Position numbers and translations under genes: made by a program
Shown: positions 39,043-48,058 of the stretch, piece after piece
Numbering within the stretch: the stretch's first letter is position 1
How the letters are laid out: the number at the start of each line of letters is the position of its first letter
Assembly: GCA_964291285.2 (NCBI GenBank)
Contig: OZ219785.1
Location: forward strand, 608,001-672,000
Direction: 5' to 3'
DNA from: Alphaproteobacteria bacterium
Lineage (GTDB): Bacteria > Pseudomonadota > Alphaproteobacteria > Bin95
Length of the DNA: 64,000 nt
Notes under the pieces: model-generated
The model's input: the letters and a program-made list of their open reading frames with translations, nothing else
The model's database searches: none
Told to the model about the DNA's origin: nothing

Positions 39043-40738
39043 CCTAAATCCGGCAGTTGAGGATGGCTTGGCCTTGCCGAATCCCTTGTAGTCTGCGGGT
39101 ATGAGCGGCTTTTCAGGGGCCGAAGAGGCTCACCCTTTGGGTGATTATCCTGGCGCTGTGCGGGATGTCGCCCGAGCGTCGGTGAAGGTGGACACCTTCG
39201 GCGGCGCGGTTCATGTGGAATGGGACCCTGATGCGGCGGTGACGCCGCTGGGGCATCTGGCGTTTTTCTCGGAATACCTGAAGGTAAGCGGTCGCTTTGA
39301 CGCTTTGGTTGCGGACTGCCCGCTGCACTACACGAGCCCGAACGCGCCGTCGAAGCGGGATGTCCTGGGGACGGTTCTTCTGTCGGTTCTGGCGGGGCAG
39401 TCTCGCTATGCGCACATCACGTCGCTGCGCGGCGACGGGGTGAACCCTGCGCTGCTGGGTATGGACAAGGTTGCGAGCGAGGATTCGGTGCGGCGCGGTC
39501 TGGAGCGGATCGGTGCGGATGTCGGCACATCGTGGCTTCAGGGCCATCTGGACGAGGTGGTCCGTCCGCTGCTGAGGGAGCCGTGGGTTCTGGACTGCGA
39601 CACGACGATCAAGGCGCTTTACGGTCGTCAGGAGGGGGCGGTTGTGAGCTACAACCCGAAGAAGCCGGGCCGCCCCTCGCATGCCTGCCATGCGTTCCTG
39701 ATGGCGGGCACGCGGCTTGTTCTGGATGTCGAGGTGGCGCCGGGCAACCATCACCATTCGAGGCGCGCGGCGCCGTCCTTGTGGGCGTTGCTCGACCGTC
39801 TCGGTCGGGATCGCTGGCCGCGTCTGGTGCGGGGCGATAAGGACTGGGGCAGCGAGGCCAACATGGCGTCGTGCGAGGCTGCGGGTCTGGACTATTTGTT
39901 CAAGCTGCGCCTGACGAAGGGGGCGCGCCGGCTTGCCGAGCGGCTGATGGTGCGGGACGGCTGGGAGGATGCAGGCCAGGGCTGGTCGGGGATCGGGGCC
40001 GATCTGCGTCTGCAGGGCTGGAGCCGGACGCGCCGGGTTGTGGTGCTGCGTCGGCGGCTTCCTGCGACGCTGGCGCTGACGCGTGGCGACAAGGCCCAGG
40101 GCGAGCTGTTCTGGACCGAGGCGCAGCCCGGCACCGGGGTGTGGGAGTTCGCGGTGCTGGCGACCTCGCTGGACCTGGAGATACGCTCGCTGGCCCAGCT
40201 CTACCGCGACCGGGCGGACGCGGAGAACGGCTTCGACGAGTTGAAGAACCAGTGGGGTTGGGGCGGCTTCACCACGCGCGACCTGACGCGCTGCCGGCAC
40301 ATGGCCCGGCTGATCGCGCTCATCTACAACTGGTGGAGCCTGTTCGTGCGCCTCGCCGACCCCGACCATCACCGCGAGGCGATCACCAGCCGGCCGCTGC
40401 TCCTGCACGGGGTTGCCCGCCAGACCCACCACGCCGGCCAGACCCGGCTGACGGTGACCTCCCATCACGGGCGTCGCAAGACGGTGATGGCGGCGCTGCG
40501 CCGGATCGCCGGCTTCTTCCGGTCGCTGACGCAAACTGCGGAGCAGTTGAGCGCCGGGGATCGCTGGCGCCGCATCCTCGCCGAGGCGCTCAGGAAATAC
40601 CTCCATGGCCGCGAACCGGGGCGTCAACCCTGGCTGCCGCCACCCAGGGCCGCGACCACGTGCTGAAATCCACGCCCAAATCCGACCGTTCACACTACCC
40701 CGAGACAGCGATCAAGCTCGTCAACTGCCGGATTTAGG
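39043..40738 (+). mobile_element. IS1380 family element
   Basis: Perfect TIR CCTAAATCCGGCAGTTGA; 5-bp TSD ATCAC at 39038-39042 and 40739-40743. Confidence 0.92.
39101..40666 (+). CDS. IS1380 family DDE transposase
   Basis: LDCDTT..LYG.QEGA..YNP.KPGRPSH, RGD, YRDRADAENGFDELKNQWG. Confidence 0.9.
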   Translation: MSGFSGAEEAHPLGDYPGAVRDVARASVKVDTFGGAVHVEWDPDAAVTPLGHLAFFSEYLKVSGRFDALVADCPLHYTSPNAPSKRDVLGTVLLSVLAGQSRYAHITSLRGDGVNPALLGMDKVASEDSVRRGLERIGADVGTSWLQGHLDEVVRPLLREPWVLDCDTTIKALYGRQEGAVVSYNPKKPGRPSHACHAFLMAGTRLVLDVEVAPGNHHHSRRAAPSLWALLDRLGRDRWPRLVRGDKDWGSEANMASCEAAGLDYLFKLRLTKGARRLAERLMVRDGWEDAGQGWSGIGADLRLQGWSRTRRVVVLRRRLPATLALTRGDKAQGELFWTEAQPGTGVWEFAVLATSLDLEIRSLAQLYRDRADAENGFDELKNQWGWGGFTTRDLTRCRHMARLIALIYNWWSLFVRLADPDHHREAITSRPLLLHGVARQTHHAGQTRLTVTSHHGRRKTVMAALRRIAGFFRSLTQTAEQLSAGDRWRRILAEALRKYLHGREPGRQPWLPPPRAATTC

Positions 40739-40915
40739 ATCACCCTTTGACCCGTTCACCGCGCCGTCCTGTTGTGGCGGGCATGCCGGCGGGGCGCTCG
40801 GGAAGGAGGCCCTTCGGACCCGACCGTCCCGCCGGAGTGTTCCGCTGCGATCACTGCGGGCGGTTCTGCGCCCGGGCGGTCTATCCGGGCCTGCGCCCGG
40901 CGCGAAGGGAGTGAG

Positions 40916-42421
40916 ATGGCGATCGACCAGCAGACCCGGGCCGAGATCCTGCGGCTGTATTTTGCCGAGAAGTGGCGGATCGGCACGATCGCGCGCCAGC
41001 TCGGCGTCCACCACGGCACGGTCGAGCGCGCGGTGGCGGCCGCCGGGGCGCCCACGCCTGAGAAGCGGCGCAGATCTTCGATGATCGATCCGTTCCTGCC
41101 CTTCGTCCGCCAGACCCTGGCGGTCTGGCCGAAGTTGCCCTCCAGCCGGCTCTACCGGATGGCGGTCGAGCGCGGTTACCGGGGGTGCGAGAGCCACTTC
41201 CGGCGCATGATCGCGCCCGAGCGTCCGCGGCCGGTGGCCGAGGCCTATCTGCGCCTCAAGGCCCTGCCCGGCGAGCAGGCCCAGGTCGACTGGGCCCACT
41301 TCGGCAAGGTGAGGATCGGGCGTGCGGAGCGCCCGCTGATGGCCTTCGTGATGGTGCTCGGCCACTCGCGCCGCCTCTTCCTGCGCTTCTACCTCAACGC
41401 CGGGATGGACAACTTCCTGCGCGGCCATGTCGAGGCCTTCGAGGCTTGGCAGGGCGTGCCCCGCGAGCTCTGGTACGACAATCTGAAGAGCGTCGTGCTG
41501 GAGCGGCGCGGCGACGCCATCCGCTTCAATCCCCGGCTTCTCGACTTCGCAGGCGCCTACCGCTTCCTGCCGAAGCCGGTCGCGGTCGCCCGAGGCAACG
41601 AGAAGGGCCGCGTCGAGCGGGCCATACGCTATGTGCGCGACAGCTTCTTCGCCGCCCGCGCCTGGCGTGACCTCGACGATCTCAACGCCCAGGCCCGGGA
41701 GTGGTGCGAGGGCGTCGCCGCCGACCGCCCCTGGCCGGACGACCGCTCCCTCACCGTGAGCGAGGCCTTCGAGCGCGAGCGCGGCTCCCTGATGGCGCTG
41801 CCCGACGACCGTCCCCCCGTCGACGAGAGGGTCGAGGTCAGGATCGCCAAGACCCCCTATGCCAGGTTCGACCTCAATGACTACAGCGTCCCGCATACCC
41901 ATGTCCGGCGCACCCTCACCGTGGCCGCGACGCTGGAAGAGGTGCGCATCCTCGACGGCATGGAGGTCATCGCCCGCCATCCGCGCAGCTTCGACAAGGC
42001 GGCCCGCATCGAGAACCCCGAACACATTGAGGAGCTGGTCAGGCGCAAGCGTCACGCCCGCAGCCTGCGCGGGCAGAGCCGGCTGCTCCAGGCCGCGCCC
42101 AACAGCGAGCGCCTGATCGCCGAGGCCGCCCCCCGCGGCGCTTATATCGGCGCCACCGTCGCCGCCCTGCTGCGCCTGCTCGACCAATACGGCGCCGCCG
42201 AGCTCGAAGCCGCCATCGACGAGGCCCTCGAACGCGGCGTCCCCCATCCCAATGCCGTGCGCCTCAGCCTCACACGGCGGCGCGAACTGCAGGACAGGCC
42301 GCCGCCGATCCCCATCGACCTGCCCAGGGACCCGCGCGTGCGCGACATCGCCGTGCGCGATCACGATCTCGGCGGATACGACGGGCTGGCCGGCTACCAT
42401 GAAAAGGACAGCGAAGAATGA
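40916..42421 (+). CDS. istA: IS21 transposase IstA
   Basis: HTH, PGEQAQVDW, YDNLK, EKGRVER, FDLNDYSVP. Confidence 0.94.
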   Translation: MAIDQQTRAEILRLYFAEKWRIGTIARQLGVHHGTVERAVAAAGAPTPEKRRRSSMIDPFLPFVRQTLAVWPKLPSSRLYRMAVERGYRGCESHFRRMIAPERPRPVAEAYLRLKALPGEQAQVDWAHFGKVRIGRAERPLMAFVMVLGHSRRLFLRFYLNAGMDNFLRGHVEAFEAWQGVPRELWYDNLKSVVLERRGDAIRFNPRLLDFAGAYRFLPKPVAVARGNEKGRVERAIRYVRDSFFAARAWRDLDDLNAQAREWCEGVAADRPWPDDRSLTVSEAFERERGSLMALPDDRPPVDERVEVRIAKTPYARFDLNDYSVPHTHVRRTLTVAATLEEVRILDGMEVIARHPRSFDKAARIENPEHIEELVRRKRHARSLRGQSRLLQAAPNSERLIAEAAPRGAYIGATVAALLRLLDQYGAAELEAAIDEALERGVPHPNAVRLSLTRRRELQDRPPPIPIDLPRDPRVRDIAVRDHDLGGYDGLAGYHEKDSEE

Positions 42422-43212
42422 CCGACACCCTCATGAACCGCGCCCGCGCGCTGGGCCTGCACGGCCTCCTCGCCCATTGGGGCGAAGTCGCGGAGCGCGA
42501 CTGGCTCGCCTCCCTGATCGCGTGGGAAGAAGATGAGAAGCGCGCCCGAAGCCTCAAACGCCGCCTCGCCGACGCCCGCCTCGGACAGTTCAAGCCGCTC
42601 GCAGACTTCGACTGGGACTGGCCAAGGCGCTGCGACCGCATGGCCGTCGAGGACCTCATGACCCTCGACTTCCTCAAGGAGGCCGCAAACCTCGTACTGG
42701 TCGGACCCAACGGCGTCGGAAAGTCCACCATCGCCGCCAATATCGCCCACCGCGCCGTCCTCGAAGGCCACATCGTGCGCTTCGCAACCGCCGCCAGCCT
42801 GCTCGGCGAACTCGCCGCCATCGACTCCGACACCCTGCTCCAGCGCAGGCTGCGCTTCTACGCCCGACAGCACCTGCTGGTCATCGACGAAGTCGGATAT
42901 CTCTCCTACTCCAACCGCCACGCCGACCTGCTGTTCAACATCGTCTCAAGCCGCAGCCAGCAGAACTCAACCATAATCACCACGAACCGCCCCTTCGCCG
43001 AGTGGAGCGAGGCCTTCCCAAACGCCGCCTGCCTGGTCGCCCTCGTCGACCGGCTCGTCCACAACGCCGAGATCGTCGCCATCGACGGCGACTCCTGGCG
43101 CCGCAAGGAAGCCGAGGAACGTCAGAAGCAGCGCAGCGCCGAACGCCGCCGCCGGCGCGGACCGAAAGCCGGGCAAAGCACTGGAAAGGCGAACCCGGTC
43201 CCGTCGCCATAG
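42418..43212 (+). CDS. istB: IS21 helper ATPase IstB
   Basis: GPNGVGKS, LVIDEVGY, TTN..F.EW, DRLVH, GDSWR. Confidence 0.95.
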   Translation: MTDTLMNRARALGLHGLLAHWGEVAERDWLASLIAWEEDEKRARSLKRRLADARLGQFKPLADFDWDWPRRCDRMAVEDLMTLDFLKEAANLVLVGPNGVGKSTIAANIAHRAVLEGHIVRFATAASLLGELAAIDSDTLLQRRLRFYARQHLLVIDEVGYLSYSNRHADLLFNIVSSRSQQNSTIITTNRPFAEWSEAFPNAACLVALVDRLVHNAEIVAIDGDSWRRKEAEERQKQRSAERRRRRGPKAGQSTGKANPVPSP

Positions 43213-43214
43213 CC

Positions 43215-44087
43215 ATGCATCCCTCCCGCCCCCGCGAGCGGCGGGTGCGGGCCGAGAGCCTGCGGGGCTATCCCCTCGAACCCGTCGCCCGAGCCCTCGG
43301 CTACCGCAGCGATCCCGACAATGCCGTGCGCTGGAGACGGCCAGGATCGGTCCTCTCCATCAACCGCTTCATGTTCTACGACCATCTGCGCGCAGAGGAG
43401 GGAGCCGGGGCTATCGAACTGGCGGTCCATGCGCTCGGATGCACCCCGCCGGACGCCATCGACTTCCTCGCCGAACTGTCCGACCTCTCAATGCCCCCAG
43501 GCGGCCGCCGGCAGGCGCCGGCCAAGGACCCCCGCTGGCCCAACCTCCGGCGATACCTCGTCGAGCGGCGCGGCCTCGCGGACGCGCTCGTCACCCTGTG
43601 CCGCGACCTCGGCCTGGTCCATGCCGACCCTCACGGCAACCCCGTGTTCGTCCGCCGAAACGCCGCCGGCGAGGCTACCGGCATCGAAACCGTCACCGCT
43701 GACCGCAAAACGACCGCGGGCGGCGGCTTCTGGATGTCCTGGGAGACCGAATGGCCACACGCCGTCATCCTGGACGGCAACGCCCTCGACGCACTCTCCA
43801 TCCTCTCCCTCCACCTCGGCCCGGTAAAACGCACCGAATGCGCCACCGTCTCCACCGGCGCCGTCGCCACCAAAGTCCCCAAATGGATCGAGGCATGGAA
43901 CCCGCGCCTCATCTTCTGTGCATACGACGCCACCACAAACGGCGATCACGCCGCAAGGCGCCTCGCCCGCAACGACACCAGAATCGTCCGGCTGCGACCC
44001 GCACTCGACAACCGGGACTGGAACGACATGCTCATCCGCGACCGAGCCGGCGAACCAATCGAAACCGATGACCAACAGATCAACTGA
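43215..44087 (+). CDS. DUF3991/Toprim primase-like protein (IS21 cargo)
   Basis: GAGAIELAVH, YLVERRGL, NPVF, LDALS, CAYD...GD.AA, DWND. Confidence 0.75.
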   Translation: MHPSRPRERRVRAESLRGYPLEPVARALGYRSDPDNAVRWRRPGSVLSINRFMFYDHLRAEEGAGAIELAVHALGCTPPDAIDFLAELSDLSMPPGGRRQAPAKDPRWPNLRRYLVERRGLADALVTLCRDLGLVHADPHGNPVFVRRNAAGEATGIETVTADRKTTAGGGFWMSWETEWPHAVILDGNALDALSILSLHLGPVKRTECATVSTGAVATKVPKWIEAWNPRLIFCAYDATTNGDHAARRLARNDTRIVRLRPALDNRDWNDMLIRDRAGEPIETDDQQIN

Positions 44088-44147
44088 AAAACCGCAACCG
44101 GCCGAAAAATGTCAGCGAATAGGCGCGCTCTGTAACCGTCGCTAACA

Positions 44148-45328
44148 TCTGTGGCCCAGAGGCAGACGAGGCTGTAGAGCCCGCAGAGGACGGGGGTGGT
44201 TCGTGCGATCGCCGCGTGTGACCACTGGCGTTGTGTTTCGAGCCCGAGATGGGCGCGCAGTTCCTGGAAGGTGACCTCGACCTGCCAGCGCCGCACGAAG
44301 GTGGCGATGATCTTGGCCGGCTCCATGTTGGTGTCGGTGCAGAAGAACGCCTGCGGGTCCCGCTCGCCTTCCGGGTCTCGCACCAGCACCCATCGGATGG
44401 CCTTGGGAGGTGTGCCGGGACGATACCAGAGCGCGGTATCGGAGATGATCTGGAGTGTCTTTTCCTTCGAACTTCCGTACCAGCGCGGAAGCGTGATGCT
44501 TGTCCAGCGGGCATCGGGGTCGTCAAGGCGGGTCTGGAGCTTGGGCAGGGGCGGCCCCTTTTGCCGGGGTCGACCGCGTTTGTTCGGGTCGCGCGGCGGC
44601 GGGGGCGCGAAGAGGTTGGCATCGAGCCTCAGCCTGCTGATGAGGGTTGCGCGCTGTCCGATGCGCCAGGCGAGTTCGTGGGTTCCGAAACTGCTGTCGG
44701 CGACGAAGACGATCGCGCGTTGCGGGACCCAGCGAAGGATTTGAAGCATGCCCTGTCGCGCCCAGTCGGTGAGTTGCTTGTGACGCCGGCCTTGCCTGGC
44801 GGCGAAGCGTTCGGACGGGGCCAGGATGGTCAGGAAGGGCAGGGCCCTGATGCCCGGCGACCAGGGCAGCGGGACAAGCAGCATGAAGCTGAGCCAGCGC
44901 AGCCCGCTGGTCTTGACGAAATGGCCATGGCTGGAACGCACCGGGTCGCGATAGATGCCGCGCGCCTTGATACGCGCGCCCCAGCGGCGCTCGATGGTGT
45001 CATCGAGCCCGATGATGATCGGTCCCTGCCCGGCAAGCCGCGCCACCAGCACGAGCACGAGCCGGCGTGAAAGGTCACGCGGGTCCCAGCGGGCGCGATT
45101 GAGAACCTGATGGCAGGACGAGAATGTCTCGCACATCGCCCGCCCGGTCACCCGCAGGCAGGCCGACACGGTTCTCTTGCCCGGCGCCAGCAACGCTCCC
45201 ATGACCAGAACCGCCACCAGCCGCCAGGTCGGGGATGAGAAGGCGCCTCGAAAGGGCTCCAGCCAGTCGATCAGGAACGGCGGAACCGGATCGCCGATGG
45301 CGCTCGAAGGGTCGTCGAAATGTGTCAT
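44148..45328 (-). pseudogene. IS701-like transposase, C-terminus removed at the IS21 right end
   Basis: GALLAPGKRTV, LDDTIERRWG..I..RGIYRDPVRSS, ADSSF, RWQVEVTFQE. Confidence 0.87.
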
Positions 45329-45437
45329 GACGACCTTCGAATCCAGAAGCATCCGGCATGCAAGGGCGCCCGCATGCGACCGGGTGAATCAGCATCGCTG
45401 CAGCGACAGAAGCCATCCAATCCGATATCACTGCTTC

Positions 45438-45725
45438 ATGGCCGCATCCGACCCCTGTCTGGCGCGCATCGAAGCGTTCAACAAATCCAGGGGCGGGGGC
45501 GTGACGGTCACCAGGGTGCGCGGCGGCTACAATCTGTATCTCACGGCCACGCAGGCACCGATCGCAAGGCTCCAGCCGAAAGGCTCAGGTGACAAGATGA
45601 GGGTGCGCTACTGGTCCTGGCGCCAGTCCTGGCAGGACGTCGGAGACATGGGGGGCATCGTGCTCCCGCTCGAACAGGCCCTCGACAAAATCGCCAAAAA
45701 CGAGATCTTCTGGACATGGACGTGA
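45438..45725 (+). CDS. Small hypothetical passenger protein inside the IS701-like element
   Basis: 95 aa, divergent from the transposase, followed by the IS end TGTACAAAGTCGAGCTTAG (~45734-45752). Confidence 0.6.
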   Translation: MAASDPCLARIEAFNKSRGGGVTVTRVRGGYNLYLTATQAPIARLQPKGSGDKMRVRYWSWRQSWQDVGDMGGIVLPLEQALDKIAKNEIFWTWT

Positions 45726-45764
45726 GGTAATTTTGTACAAAGTCGAGCTTAGAAAGAAGCGCTG

Positions 45765-47021
45765 TCATACGACCCGAGGTGGTAATTCCAGGTTGTGGTT
45801 ACCGACCTCATTTCTGTACTGCTGGAGTATCTCACTCTCGGTACACTGTGATCGGCCCAGCATGTACAGAAGCAACTCCAGGAGGGAGCCCCTCTTGAAC
45901 CGGCGGATAGTACGAGTGTCAGGGTTCCACATCAGCCCGGCATATGGACTATGGCCTAGATTCCTCGGGAGTTTGGCCGTTTCGCCGACCGCATCGGCGA
46001 GGCTCATTTCGTGTGTGAGCCGCGCGATGATCGTGACGAACATGATCAGACCGACGGGGCGGAAGAGAGCACTTTCATTCCTGAACCGGCGGACAATTGT
46101 CTCAGTATCCTCTGCGGAGAAGAAGTTGCCCAATTCGGGGAAGCCTGCGGCGAGCGCCTCGAAGAGTTCCCTGGCATGCTGGTAATAGGCATTCAGCTGG
46201 TCGTCGTCCGGCCTGGATTTCTTCAGCTTGCCGGCCGAGGAGCGCAAGGCAATGTTAGCCTGCGTAAACCAGGTGAGCAAAATGTCATAGAGGTTAACTA
46301 TGGTGGTGAGACTAGTGAAGTTGGTCGACGGCATGTTGCTGGAACCAACAAAGGCGATGCGGTCATCACCGAACATGTCGGGATTTTCGTCGATCAGCCA
46401 GCGGACGGTCAACGCCATGACGTCGTCCTCATCGAGCGCGATGACATCAAACTTGGAGACCGGTTTGGCCGTCTTGTTCAAGGTCGTGAAAAGACGTCGG
46501 GTTCTGCGCAGGCCTTGGTCTGATTTTTCATGCGCCACGAACATGACGGGGACCTCGTCAGTCGGAGCAACGATGCTTCTTTCCTCGACGGCGGCTTTGA
46601 TTCCGGACAACCGGTGCTGCCCATCGAGTGCGAAGAGCTTTTCGTCTCCACGCAGGGTTAGAAAGCCGACAGACAGCATGATATCAGAAGTCAGGATATC
46701 GAGTTCGTTCGGGCTTCCCTTTCTCTGGACGTTGGTAAGGGGGTGCCAGTTCGGTTGGCCGCCATAGGTGGCAACAACGAGGGCGTTGAATAGGCGGTCT
46801 GGTTGGGTCGCTAGGTAACTGGCGATCTCTTTGGACCGCATCTCTTTCAGCTGGCGTTGGATCATCTCCGAGAGCCGTTCGCTCTTGTGGAGTTCGTCGG
46901 CGTAGTCAACCCTCGTTGCCAAGGTGGACAAGTCGACCAAGCAGCAGTAATAGACCCAGTTGCCCATCGTGCCGCGAAGGGCGGGAAGTACAATCGAACC
47001 GGACATGCTATCGTCAATCAT
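45765..47021 (-). CDS. DGQHR-domain (DndB-like) protein
   Basis: IQRQL, FALDGQHRL, RRLFTTLNKTAKPV; lower GC. Confidence 0.88.
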   Translation of the reverse strand: MIDDSMSGSIVLPALRGTMGNWVYYCCLVDLSTLATRVDYADELHKSERLSEMIQRQLKEMRSKEIASYLATQPDRLFNALVVATYGGQPNWHPLTNVQRKGSPNELDILTSDIMLSVGFLTLRGDEKLFALDGQHRLSGIKAAVEERSIVAPTDEVPVMFVAHEKSDQGLRRTRRLFTTLNKTAKPVSKFDVIALDEDDVMALTVRWLIDENPDMFGDDRIAFVGSSNMPSTNFTSLTTIVNLYDILLTWFTQANIALRSSAGKLKKSRPDDDQLNAYYQHARELFEALAAGFPELGNFFSAEDTETIVRRFRNESALFRPVGLIMFVTIIARLTHEMSLADAVGETAKLPRNLGHSPYAGLMWNPDTRTIRRFKRGSLLELLLYMLGRSQCTESEILQQYRNEVGNHNLELPPRVV

Positions 47022-47180
47022 GGGAACGCCGCCATCATCGCCGCTGTGTCGGCGTTGATATCGTTCTTGCAGCAAGGGGGCAGAAACGCGGTGATCAAAC
47101 GCTTCTCCATTGCCTCGAGTTCCGACGACGTGACGTTGTCGGACACGGGCGCGAAATGGAAACGCAGAATAGGGTGCCAG
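47018..47180 (-). pseudogene. C-terminal remnant of an upstream partner gene (GIY-YIG-like tail), cut by IS5
   Basis: Open frame WHPILRFHFAPV...LEAMEKRLITAFLPPCCKN...AF P* whose TGA overlaps the DGQHR ATG. Confidence 0.55.
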
Positions 47181-47183
47181 TTA

Positions 47184-48058
47184 GGTCCTGTGGACGGATT
47201 TGATCAAGATGAAGGCAGCGGCGAGTGCGACGAAGGAGCTGAAGTTTGTGGCGGTCTTTTCGCAGCGCAGGGCGATGCGTTTGAAGCGTTTGAGCTTGCC
47301 GACGGCCTGTTCGATGCGCGCCCGTCCTCTGTAGAGCGCGCTTGCGAAGCGCTTTGGCCTGTTTTTGATGTTCTTCCGGTAGGGAATGACGGTCAGGGCG
47401 CCTCTTTTCCGGGCGAGTTGGCGGTTTCCGGCGCTGTCATAGCCCTTGTCGGCGACGATGGCGCGGGGCCGGACATCGGGGCCGATGTCCATCAGGGTCT
47501 CGAAATGCGGACTGTCGGCTGCCTCGCCGCCGGTCAGGTCGAAGGCGATCGGCAGGCCGTCGAAATCGGTCTTCAGGTGGATTTTGGTGCTGAAACCGCC
47601 CCGCGAGCGTCCAAGCGCCTGACCCTGCTGCCCCCTTTTGCGCCGGCCGCCGATACATGCGCGCGGGTCACGGTCGAATCGAACATCTGAACCAGGTGCG
47701 CCGTGCTGCTCAAATCCGCCAGCGTGGCGAAAAAGTCCTCGAACACCCCTGAACGGCTCAGACGGTGAAAACGCCGCCATACCGTATTCCAGTGCCCGAA
47801 CCGCTCCGGCAGCGCCCGCCAGGTGATGTTGTGAACCGCAAAGAAGTGCAGCGCCTCCAGAAACAGACGGTCGTCCTTCGCCTTCGCACCCCGCCTCGGA
47901 AGGCAAAGCCGGAAAACCTCCAGCGCAACCTCCCAGTCTCCATTCGTCATCTTCGTCGACATCAACGAAACCCCCGAATCGCCGACGCCTCATGATTCAG
48001 ACAAATCCTCGCACGGGAATCCCTGAACACGCTCCTGAGTCAATACGTCCACAGGGCC
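47184..48058 (-). mobile_element. IS5 family element (frameshift type)
   Basis: TIRs GGTCCTGTGGAC / GGCCCTGTGGAC with TA flanks; transposase 47181-47965 (FDSTVTRAH, GRSRGGFSTKIH, ADKGYD); AAAAGGGGG slippery site. Confidence 0.9.

Larger units (their letters stand above)
38779..40914 (+). pseudogene. Cys-rich basic (Zn-finger) IS21 accessory ORF, split by IS1380
   Basis: CASC..CRRC..CSRPC, Arg-rich; removing IS1380 restores the frame to a C-terminal CDHCGRFC and a stop just before istA. Confidence 0.78.
38398..44147 (+). mobile_element. Enlarged IS21 family element with cargo genes and a nested IS1380
   Basis: Imperfect TIRs TGTAGGTGACGGTCGTAAAAGGCGCTTATTTGCTG / TGTTAGCGACGGTTACAGAGCGCGCCTATTCGCTG; istAB inside; no TSD. 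Confidence 0.85.

Noticed and set aside
45765-47021. Complete Dnd phosphorothioation system
   Set aside because: No dndA/C/D/E homologs in the window
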